This document shows positions 35,623 through 47,600 of a DNA stretch of 64,000 bases, one piece after another (position 1 is the first letter of the stretch; each line of letters opens with the position of its first letter). Below the pieces are notes generated by a model. That model was not told the DNA's origin and searched no databases. It saw only the letters and a program-made list of their open reading frames with translations. Source of the DNA: Mytilus californianus (Eukaryota); assembly GCF_021869535.1 (NCBI RefSeq), contig NW_026262745.1:8494001-8558000 (forward strand), given 5' to 3'. A program made the translations under genes and the position numbers.

Positions 35623-38600
35623 CTGCTTGACTCTGTAAATTAGCGTTTGGTTGTCCTTGTAATAAAGGACTTGTTGGAACATAATTATTACCTGGATGGT
35701 TACCAAGGCCTAAAATAAGAAACATTTCATGTCTTAAAAATCCAAATTTTTTAAATTTTTTTAAGAGTTTTTTTTATTTCTAATAATACTAAACATATGG
35801 CACCAATAAAAAAAAATACAAAATCAAATCATAGAATGGCTTAGAAACTGGTAGAATACGAGGCTTTGCAGAGAATAACTTATTTTTCAAGCTAAGTACA
35901 AATAAAATGTATGTTTGGAGACAATATATTGTTCTTATCTTTATACTGCAACACTTAAAACCTTTTATTTTACAAATGAAATATTTTGGGTAAAAATCAA
36001 CAATTAGGAGTTTGAAATGGACGACACAAAATTTCCCCAACCTACAGAAACACATTATCATTGTCACAAACAAGTCAGTGACTTAATATCACAAATGAAT
36101 ATTCAATATAATTTGATTGGCAAATAACACAGTTGCAGTATAAATCTTCATATTTTCATATGAGATAACCATAAACATTTTTTTTTTTTCAAGTTTTATA
36201 TCCTTTTTTACATGTAATAATGGTATTAAAGCCATTTTAATTGGGTTTTGTATTAACAAGTTTTATAAAGGTTTTATTTTCATGTCTTGTCTCTCCGTTT
36301 TTTTTATATTACTGATGGTACCTTCAGAATGTTCTAATGAGTTTTTCTTGGTGTGGGTGTAGAAAACTGAAATGCCCTACTCAGTAAAATCATGGTGAAT
36401 TATTATATTAAATCGCAAATATATAGCAAAATTCCTAACTGGTTATTTTCTTTGCCCAACAAGACTGTTCATTTTATATTATGCCAATGAAATACACAGA
36501 CTTATCAGACAAAAAAAATTACAAAAATTGATATATTGTGATAATATGCTACCATCATTTCTGTTGCTTACCAGTTCTATGAAACAAACTTACCCTGAGG
36601 TATGCTGTTGTGTAGCAGTGATTTTACTGTAGACTTACCCTGAGGTATGCTGTTGTGTAGCAGTGATTTTACTGTAGACTTACCCTGAGGTATGCTGTTG
36701 TGTAGCAATGATTTTACTGTAGACTTACCCTGAGGAATACTGTTGTGTAGCAGTGATTTTACTGTAGACTTACCCTGAGGTATGTTGTTGTGTAGCAGTG
36801 ATTTTACTGTAGACTTACCCTGAGGTATGTTGTTGTGTAGCAGTGATTTTACTATACTTACCCTGAGGTATGCTGTTGTGTAGCAGTGATCTTACTCGTG
36901 TTACTGTAGACTTACCCTGAGGTATGTTGTTGTGTAACTGATTTTACTGTAGACTTACCCTGAGGTATGCTATTGTGTAGCAGTGATTTTACTGTAGACT
37001 TACCCTGAGGTATGCTGTTGTGTAGCAGTGATTTTACTGTAGACTTACCCTGAGGTATGTTGTTGTGTAGCAGTGATTTTACTGTAGACTTACCCTGAGG
37101 TATGCTGTTGAGTAGCAGTGATTTTAATGTAGACTTACCCTGAGGTATGCTATTGTGTAGCAGTGATTTTACTGTAGACTTACCCTGAGGTATGCTGTTG
37201 TGTAGCAGTGATTTTATTGTAGACCTACCCTGAGGTATGTTGTTGTGCAGCAGTGATTTTACTGTAGACTTACCCTGAGGTATGCTGTTGTGTAGCAGTG
37301 ATTTTATTGTAGACTTACCCTGAGGTATGTTGTTGTGTAGCAATGATTTTATTGTAGACTTACCCTGAGGTATGTTGTTGTGTAGCAATGATTTTACTGT
37401 AGACTTACCCTGAGGTATGTTGTTGTGCAGCAGTGATTTTACTGTAGACTTACCCTGAGGTATGTTATTGTGTAGCAATGATTTTACTGTAGACTTACCC
37501 TGAGGTATGTTGTTGTGCAGCAGTGATTTTACTGTAGACTTACATTGAGGTATGTTGTTGTGCAGCAGTGATTTTACTGTAGACTTACCCTGAGGTATGT
37601 TGTTGTGTAGCAGTGATTTCATGGTAGGAGAATGTGGTGGTGGTTGTATTCCTCCTGTTTCTTTATTGAAAGATGATAGTTTTATACTCTGGTACCCTGG
37701 AACTGGTTTAGGCATTCCTGGTAGAGCATATGATGAAGGAGATGTGTTTGAAGGTTTTGTTTGCACTATTGAAGTCATACTCCATATAGGAGAAGCACTA
37801 GTTTTACCTTGTGGTGGTGTGGAACGGTTAACAACACCAGAAGGTGACGGGGATTTCTGTTGTACATGGGCCTGGTCAATTTGACCAAACAGACTTTGTA
37901 ATAAATTAGTTGCAGTTGCCTCCCCTTTTGAAGGACTTGTCAAACTAGCAACTGAATGTGGACTATGATAGCTGCCACTAGATTTAGAGGGTGACTGTCT
38001 TTGTCCTCCCCCTGGGGATGCCAAGGGGGAGACATGATGAGCTGATATGTGTGCTGACGTTGGTGATATTCTTAGTCCCTGAATTTGGTTTCCTGTTTGC
38101 ATGGACACTGAACCCTGAGATATTGAACGCACCAGAGTTGGTTTTTTAGCACTATCTAAACTATTATTTCCTATGTTTGGTGGAGAATATTTTGTGACTG
38201 CAGGTCTTCCATGAAGAGAAGTCCCAGAATGCACTACAATAGTTTTTGGTTTATTAACTCGCTGAGTAGTAACAGTTTTTGGTTTTCCATCTCCGTGATG
38301 ACTTTGGGAAAGTTGTTTCTCTCGACTTTCAAGAAATTGTTTATATGCATCTTGATTTATCAATGATGTAATGTTCCCTGATGCAGCCTTCTGAGTCAGA
38401 TACGAAGCTAACTGGGCATTAGTAACTTGCTTTTGATGTGCTTGAGTCGGTGATTGTTTTTGATGTGCTTGAGTCGGTGATTGCTTTTGATGTGCTTGAG
38501 TGGGTGTTTGCTTTGGTGCCTGTGCTGCTTTCAACTTTTGAACCATTTGATGAGCATCCTGTGGTTTTATCTGTAGTGATGACTGTACAGCATGTTGCTG

Positions 38601-41600
38601 GTGACCTTTTGTTGGTGAAGTTTTGCTTTCTTCCTTCCCAAGCTGATGTTGAAACACAGAAGATGCATAATTCTGAAATTGTGCTAGAAAAGTTGAATCC
38701 TTTTTATTTTCAGACTGCTGGGCTACATGGCTAATATTATTAGTAGTATTTTGTCCTGAGGTTGGAGATGTTAGGGATGATCTTAAAATATCAGAAACCA
38801 CATGATCCCAAGATCTATCACCTATGTATTTTTGAGATGCTGCCGAAGATGCCAGTAGTGAAAGTCCAGGTGATGTAGCACTAACACTACTTCCTGTTTT
38901 CTCTTTATTTCCTGTCATCATCTTGTCTGCTGCAGATTTTGCCAATGAAGATGACTGCTCATTCGCATAATCTAATAAGGTGGGAATGATTTTACCAGCA
39001 TCCCCTGAACCTGGTGGTCTCACTGGAGTGCTTCCTGGAAAAACAGGCTTCTGGGATAGTCCTTGTGCACTAGCTGGGGTAACACCCTGTTTTGTTACCA
39101 TTAGGGGGGCACTTGATGGGGTTATTCCTTGCTTAGTTGTCATGGTTGGTGTGTTGGCAGCAGAATTTGATGTTTTGGTTATCACTGGCACTTTCTTGAT
39201 CTTTGGTCTGAAAAAGATGTTAAGCACTTATTTCAAATTTTCAAGACAGTTATTGGAACTATATATTAACTGAAGAAAACAATTGTGGATGTGATAAAAA
39301 CAGTTACTCACCAATCAATCCCATCAAAATATAAATAAACAAAAACCTTCTACATTGTTCACTAATCTTGTTACCACTATGGCTATTATTTTACATTCGT
39401 TTTCATTTAACATCTGAGTAATAAATTCTGTATTAACTAGCTTTGAACAAAAGGGATCAGACTTTTAATCCTTGTTGAAGGACGTACAGTGACCTATAAT
39501 TACTTACTCTATGTCATTTGGTCTCTGGTGATAGTAGTCTCATTGGTAATCCTACCACATCTTATTATTTTTATATTGTCTCAGAGTATGCCATATCTTC
39601 CTTGACATACAATTTTTTATTTTAATGTGAATCTTTTCTTGATTGCTTTGTGCACACTTGGAATAAGCTTTTCCTAAATTAGCTTTTCCTACAGAATATT
39701 TAAGTCTTTACTCATTTTCTGATAATCAGTGATTTTTTCTAAAAAGGTTACTATCAATTCCTGCACCTGAGGTGATAAATACTTACGGGTTTGTCCAGGC
39801 TACATGTCCTGGTCTACTTTCTTTGAATAGAACACTGAAATGAAACCATTCTTATTATAATAGCATTCAATATGTGTAAATATGTGTTAACAAGACACAA
39901 GTTGATAACAATGATTATGTAAATACTAGATGAACCAATCCAATGACTGTATAGTGTTGACTGGCAGCGGCATATACCACTTCTTAGCTATAAATAGATC
40001 ACATTATAAAATTGTTTTCATATTTCTATTTTTTTAACAAATAACAAATCAACAGCTGAAACAGTATTCAGTACAAGATTATTCGAAGTGAATATGTCTT
40101 TTTGAACACAGAAACAATGAACTATATGTGTTTAAAAAAATATTTTAAATCTTTTTACCCCTTGTAATCATTTATCTTTGATGGTATGATGTTACACATC
40201 CAGCAAATAACCATAAAACTTTATTGTGTACCAGAGCATGTTAATGTGATATGATTTGTAATACATATACAGAACCATATTTATTACATGCTAGGTCACA
40301 AGGTTAAGTCAATCAAATGAATTACAACTACCTGAAAGCATTCAAAATCCAGGCCATTCAATCTTGTCTACCTGAAAGCATTCAAAATCCAGGCCATTCA
40401 ATCTTGTCTACCTGAAAGCATTCAAAATCCAGGCCATTCAGTCTTGTCTACTTGTTTTAAATACAGCATGCTTAGCAGTGAATCAGCAAGTATCAATTTT
40501 AAGGTCTATGGTACTAGTAATGAAACTTGGGATGTAATGCATGACCTTCCACACTCAAGGCCAGCATGCCATTTCCATTGCAATATTTCACTTTGATTGA
40601 TTGGAGGATTGTTGTTTGTTTTAAGTCCAGTAGCAAATGTTTCATGCATGTTGAGGATGAGAACCATTTAACTATGAAGGTTTATGATTATTTTTTTTTG
40701 TATTTTACCTGGTTTGCATCCATCCTTTTGGCCATAGTATTTTAACCTCTCTTTCAATAAATGTCTTCAAGTATTCCTCAGCTGTTTGTGTTCTTGTTTT
40801 CATGTAATTATAGATCTTCATCTTAACACGAACAACATCACACAACAATGCCCTAATAAAGAAAATCAATTGTAATATCAACAGCAGCAGGAAAATCAAT
40901 GTAAATAAAATGCTCCGCAGGGCGCAGCTTGATGAGACCGCAGAGGTCGAACCCTGAACAGTTGGGGCAAGTATGGACACAACATTCAAGCTTGATACAG
41001 CTCTGAATTTGGATTGTGATTAAATATTTGACACAGCATAGGTTTCTGACACAGAATGAATGTGGTCTAAGAACTTAAAAAATTTAAATTGGACATTCAC
41101 CTATTATGAGCCAATATCCAAAATCTAAATACATGGTTAGATTCAGCACATCAAAGAACCCCAAGAATTCAATTTTTGATGAAATCAAACAAAGTTTAAT
41201 TTTGGACCCTTTTGACCTCAATGTGGACAAAGTTGATAATGGGGCCCAAAAATAAAAAATCTAAGTACATGGTTAGATTCAGCATATCAAAGAACCCCAT
41301 ATATTCAATTTTTGTTGAAATCAAACAAAGTTTAATTTTGGACCCCGATTTGGACCAACTTGAAAACTGGGCCCATAATCAAAAATATAAATACATGTTT
41401 AGATTCAGCATATCAAAGAACCCTAAGAATTCAATTTTTGTTAAAATCAAACTAAGTTTAATTTTGGACCCTTTGGACCTTAATGTAGACCAATTTGAAA
41501 ACGGAACCAAAAATTAAGAATCTAAATACACGGTTAGATTCGGCATATCAAAGAACCCCAATAATTCAATTTTTGATGAAATCAAACAAAGTTTATTTTG

Positions 41601-44600
41601 GACCCTTTTGACCTCAATGTGGACAAAGTTGATAATGGGGCCCAAAAATAAAAAATCTAAGTACATGGTTAGATTCAGCATATCAAAGAACCCCATATAT
41701 TCAATTTTTGTTGAAATCAAACAAAGTTTAATTTTGGACCCCGATTTGGACCAACTTGAAAACTGGGCCCATAATCAAAAATATAAATACATGTTTAGAT
41801 TCAGCATATCAAAGAACCCTAAGAATTCAATTTTTGTTAAAATCAAACTAAGTTTAATTTTGGACCCTTTGGACCTTAATGTAGACCAATTTGAAAACGG
41901 AACCAAAAATTAAGAATCTAAATACACGGTTAGATTCGGCATATCAAAGAACCCCAATAATTCAATTTTTGATGAAATCAAACAAAGTTTAATTTTGGAC
42001 CCTTTGGACCTCAATGTGGACCAATTTAAAAACGGGGCCCAAAATCCAAAAACTTAATATACGGTTAGAATCAGGATATTAAAGAACCCCAAGAATTCAA
42101 GAATAAAACCCCATTGAAATTGGTCAAGAAATAAGCAATTTATACGAAGTATCTTCTTTTGCACAATACTGTGCAATTGAATATTTCTTGCTATTGCGCA
42201 ATACTGTACAATTGACAATTTCTTGCTATTGCGCAATATTGTGCTATTGGATATTTCTTGCTATTGCACAATACTGTGCAATTGAAGATTTCTTGCTATT
42301 GCGCAATACTGTGCAATTGAAGATTTCTTGCTATTGTGCAATACTATGCAATTGAAAATTTCTTGCTATTGCACAATACTTATTATATAATAATTTACAC
42401 ATCCTGTTTGGTGTGTATCTTCTTCCATATCATTATTATTTGCTTTTAAATATAAAACAGAAATAACCAACTTAAAATGGAAAATTTTAAAAAAAGAAAA
42501 AAAAAGGAAAAAAAAATCCCCCCCCCCAAATTTTTTGAACCCCCTTATGATTCATCACCCCCACGCTCAATCCCAGCCTTCCCTTTGTGGTATGGTACCT
42601 TGCAGTACAATTTCAGAGAGATCCATACACTTGAACACAAGTTATTGTCTGGAAACTAGAAAAATGCTTATTTTTGGCCCTTTTTTGGCCCCTTATTCCT
42701 AAACATTTTGGGCAATTACCCCCAAACTCAATTCCAGCTTTCCCTTTGTGATATGGAACCTTGTAGTACAATTTCAGAAAGATCCATACACTTACACACA
42801 AGTTATTATCATGAAACTAGAAAAATGCTTGTTTTTTGCCCCTTTTTTGGCCCCTAATTCCTAATATTTTGAGGCAATTACCCCCAAAATAAATCCCAGC
42901 ATTCCCTGTGTGATATGGAACCTTGTGGTACAATTTTAAAGAGATCCATACACTTGAACACAAGTTATTGTCTGGAAACTAGAAAAATGCTTATTTTTGG
43001 CCCCTTATTCCTAAACGTTTTGGGCAATTACCCCCAAACTCAATTCCAGCTTTCCTTTTGTGATATGGAACCTTGTAGTACAATTTCAGAAAGATCCATA
43101 TACTTACACACAAGTTATTGTCATTAAACTAGATAAATGCTTGTTTTTTGCCCCTTTTTTGGCCCCTAATTCCAAATATTTTGAGGCAATTACCTTACCC
43201 CCCAAAATCAATCCCAGCATTCCCTGTGTGATATGGAACCTTGTAGTACAATGTCAGAGAGATCCATACACTAACACACAAGTTATGTCTGGAAGTTACA
43301 AAAATGCTTATTTTTGGCCCCTTTTTGGCCCCTAATTCCTTAACTGTTGATACCATAACCCCCAAAATCAATCCCAACCTTCCTTTTGTGGTATTAAACC
43401 TTATGGTAAAATTTCATAGAGATCCATTCACTTAAACTAAAGTTAGAGTGCGAAAACCAATGTGTCTTCGGACGACGACGACGACGACGCCAATTTTAAT
43501 TTTTAATTTAAAGAGATAGTGTTTAGAATGTTCAGGACTACTCCTGTTACTGTCATAAATTACCAGAGACAAACTACATTAGTATACTTAAAAGATAAGA
43601 ATATTGTAAATTTTATAAATGAAAAAAGCATGACAGTATAAGGTTTGCAATAACAAAAACTTGCATTCATATTTTCCGTTGTGATTTTCCTTCACTAAAT
43701 TTTTTTTTTGCAATCCCATTCATAAAGTCTCACATTTTTACCATTACTCAGTGCATGCAATAATTTTTGAATTTACCGTATTCAAAATTACCATAATATT
43801 TTTATCCAAATCCAAGCTCAGATTGTGATACGTCAAAGTAAGAACAGGGATCTAGGGTAATCATATCTAAAATCATTTACAGTTTTTCGAGACTTAATGT
43901 TATTTTAGAGCTTGACAAATGGTACAAATACTTGTCTATTATTAAGACAATTGTTGGCTTCACATTTTTTATTATGTTGTTTGTTGATTGGTTGCTACCT
44001 TTTAAATTTATGTTTACCTGTCACCTTTGGTTTATACATATTATGAATCATAAACTTTCTTTTAAAAGATGTAAATACAGAATGTAAATTTGAAATAATT
44101 TCATTTATTTTCACTACAAATAGCTGTATCTGTCCTCAACATTTCTTATTTCATTCATACGCTTCCATCTGTTTAAAAAATAAAAATAAAATTGCGTTTA
44201 AAATTAAAATGCCCCTCAATAGATGGGGTTCTCATAATGTGGTTTATGGTTCAAATAAGGGGAATTATCTGAGGTATGACACATAAAACTTGTCATAAGA
44301 GACCTTGTCTAGGGTAAAGTAGTTTCTAACATGTAACTTTTTCAAAAATCAAACTCCTTATCAATAGGAAAGTTCAAATTAAATCATTACCTACTTAATC
44401 AAGAGGCGTAATTTTGAAACTTATAAATTAAAATACATTAATGTTAAACTTTGCTTTTGTTTAGAGCCATTTAAAGAGTAGTTTATATTATAGTGTGTAA
44501 ACATTGTGAAACCACGTTTGGAGATTTGTAGAAAACGACAGAAATGACCCCTTTGAGTCACAATAGCTTCATTGTCTGGTAACACAGTAATATAAATACC

Positions 44601-47600
44601 TAAGATTTTCATTCCATTCAAATTTTTTCTTTGGTGCTGCCACTTTTTTCTTAGTGGGTTCCTGGTTTGTATTTGTTTTTTCTCCTTCCTCTTCAGAATC
44701 CTCAGTATCACCATCTTTACCCTCTGGTTTGTTCTCCTCTGGTTTGTTGGCATCATTTTCTGCCTGCTTCTGTTTCCTGTTAAAAAATGGCAGAAAATTT
44801 TAAATGAAAAAAAAAATAAAAATAACAGAACCACATTGTATATCTAGAAAAAATTCATTTTGAACTATGTTTTTTTTACAGAATTATTGGACATACATGT
44901 ATATGAAGTAATATGGTGACTTTTAGATTTCAAAAGCATGCCTTTGAAATTGAGCCAAGTTTCATTGAAGGTCAAATGAACTTCCTTCAAGGTGTTGGGG
45001 GGCCTTTCAGAAATGTTGACCTTGAAGCATTCTGGGTAGTTGAGCAGCATTTTTATGTCACTAGTAGACATTCATTTAAATATTTAAAGTATTTTATTCT
45101 ATTTGTCTATGAGCACGTTAATCTACTGTTGTTTTGTCTATTGGGTATTGATTTTCGTGGATTTCAATGGTACAAGTGAACCACCAATTTAACTGTTCAT
45201 CAAACGAAAATATTCTATGGGCTTTTACACAGAATGAAACCATGAAATCATGAATCTACAAAAAATGCAATTATTCCAAGATCCAAGCAAAATTGGTACC
45301 AACATAAGTAAATATATTCACAGTATCATGTTTTTATTTATAGCAGGAGTATTTTCTCTCTTATCTTGAAACACAAGTGTCTTTTATCCTGCACTTTTTA
45401 TATATGTAACACTCAGGAACGTGTCCGATTCCCCCCCAAACGTGTCCATATTACGTCACTGAACTGCAAAACATGTCTAGGTGCTAAAGGGCGCCAAAAC
45501 GTGTCATTTTTAAGAACGCCCAAACATGTACATTCCCCTAAACGTGTCCATATACAGCCTAAAGGCTTCTTTTTATGAAAGCTCAATTTAATTAAGTTAA
45601 TTTTTGGCCTTCAAGTAACAATAAAATGTCCACAAATATTAAATATATAATTTTATTATTGTTTTTCTTTTAACATAGACTCCTTTTAATACACGTTCAG
45701 TCAGAATGGGGATGTTTAATCTGAAATCTTGTAAAGGAAGAGATAGACCAACCTAATGTATTTATTGTTAATATGTTATAGTCCTGAATATGCATGAAAT
45801 ATTTGCCACTGGATGTTTAGCAACCAAAAATCAATCAATTTATTGTTTTAGATATGCATGAAATAATTGCCACAAGCAACAATCAGTTAATCTTTTACTT
45901 TTCCTATTTGATTATTACCTCTTTCACTATTGATTTAACGTAATGTGACAGTTAAAAGGAGGATGCATATTCAAAATTACTTTCGGTTATGAATTATAAG
46001 GTTGGTATCAGGGATACTAATGATACATGCACATTTATTCCTCTTGCTTATGTCTCTTTATTGATGCTCGAACCCAAAAACTTAATCCCAGTACATACTT
46101 TGAAGAGCTGATAAAAACTAGAGGCTCTAAAGAGCCTGTGTCGCTCACCTTGGTCTATGTGCATATTAAACAAAGGACACAGATGGATTCATGACAAAAT
46201 TGTGTTTTGGTGATGGTGATGTGTTTGTAGATCTTACTTTACTGAACATTCTTGCTCCTTACTATTATCTCTATCAATAATGAACTTGACCCGGTAGTTA
46301 CAGTGGAAAATATTTTGTAAAAATTTACAAAAATTTACAAAATTTATGAAAATTGTAAAAAATTGACTATAAAGGGCAATAACTTCTTAAGGGGTCAATT
46401 GACAGTTTTGGTCATGTTGACTTATTTGTAGATCTAACTTTGCTGTACATTATTGCTGTTCACAGTTTATCTCTATCTATAATAATATTCAAGATAATAA
46501 CCAAAAGCTGCAAAATTTTCTTAAAATTACCAATTCAGGGGCAGCAACCCAACAACGTGTTGCCTGATTGATTAGTCTGAAAATTTCAGGGCAGATAGAT
46601 CTTGACCTCATGAACAATTTTATCCTCATCAGATTTGCTCTAAATGCTTTGGTTTCAGAGATATGAGCCAAAAACTGCATTTTACCCTATGTACTATTTT
46701 TTAGCCATGTCAGCCATCTTGGTTCGCGGGCGGGGTCATCGGACACATTTTTTAAACTAGATACCCTAATGATGATTGTGGACAAGTTTGGTTAAATTTG
46801 TCTTAGTAGTTTCAGAGGAGAAGATTTTTGTAAAAGATTACAAATATTTACGAAAAATGGTTAAAAATTGACTATAAAGGGCAATAACTCCTTAAGGGGT
46901 CAACTGACCATTTTGGTCAAGTTGACTTATTTGTAGATCTTACTTTGCTGAACATTATTGCTGTTTACAGTTTATCTCTATCTATAATAATATTCAAGAT
47001 AATAACCAAAAACGGCAAAATTTCCTTAAAATTACCAATTCAGGGGCAGCAACCCAACAACGGGTTGTCCGATTCATCTGAAAATTTCAGGGCAGATAGA
47101 TCTTGACCTGATAAACGATTTAACCCATGTCAGATTTGCTCTAAATGCTTTGGTTTCTGAGATATAAGCCAAAATCGACATTTTACTCCTATGTTCTATT
47201 TTTAGCCATGGCGGCCATCTTGGTTGGTTGTCCGGGTCACCGGACACATTTTTTAAACTAGATACCCAATGATGATTGTGGCCAAGTTTGGTCAAATTTG
47301 GCCCAGTAGTTTCAGAGGAGAAGATTTTTGTAAAAGTTATGGACGACGACGACGATGGACGACGGACGCCAAGTGATGAGAAAAGCTCACTTGGCCCTTT
47401 GGGCCAGGTGAGCTAAAAATCAGTGCAATATTCTCAAACATCATTAATATGCATGTAGTTAGACATCACCGGAGTATATTGGTACAAAAGAATTCACCTA
47501 GTAAACAATGAATTTAACTGTACAAAACTAATTAATTGCAATTTGTTTATGTTCGCTCTAAACATGCATGTAATATTTGTCACTGGACATTAAGCAATCA

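Noticed and set aside
36588-37630. CRISPR-like array (also considered for 58188-58742)
   Set aside because: The units are contiguous with no unique spacers, there are no cas genes, and the context is eukaryotic.
36912-39227. 771-aa ORF as a stand-alone novel repeat protein
   Set aside because: It is the large ubinuclein exon (acceptor at 39208) read through into the donor-containing minisatellite. It has no proper start codon, and its N-terminus is intron sequence.
41212-41913. Two identical 101-aa ORFs as duplicated genes
   Set aside because: They are chance open frames in a 396-bp satellite duplication.
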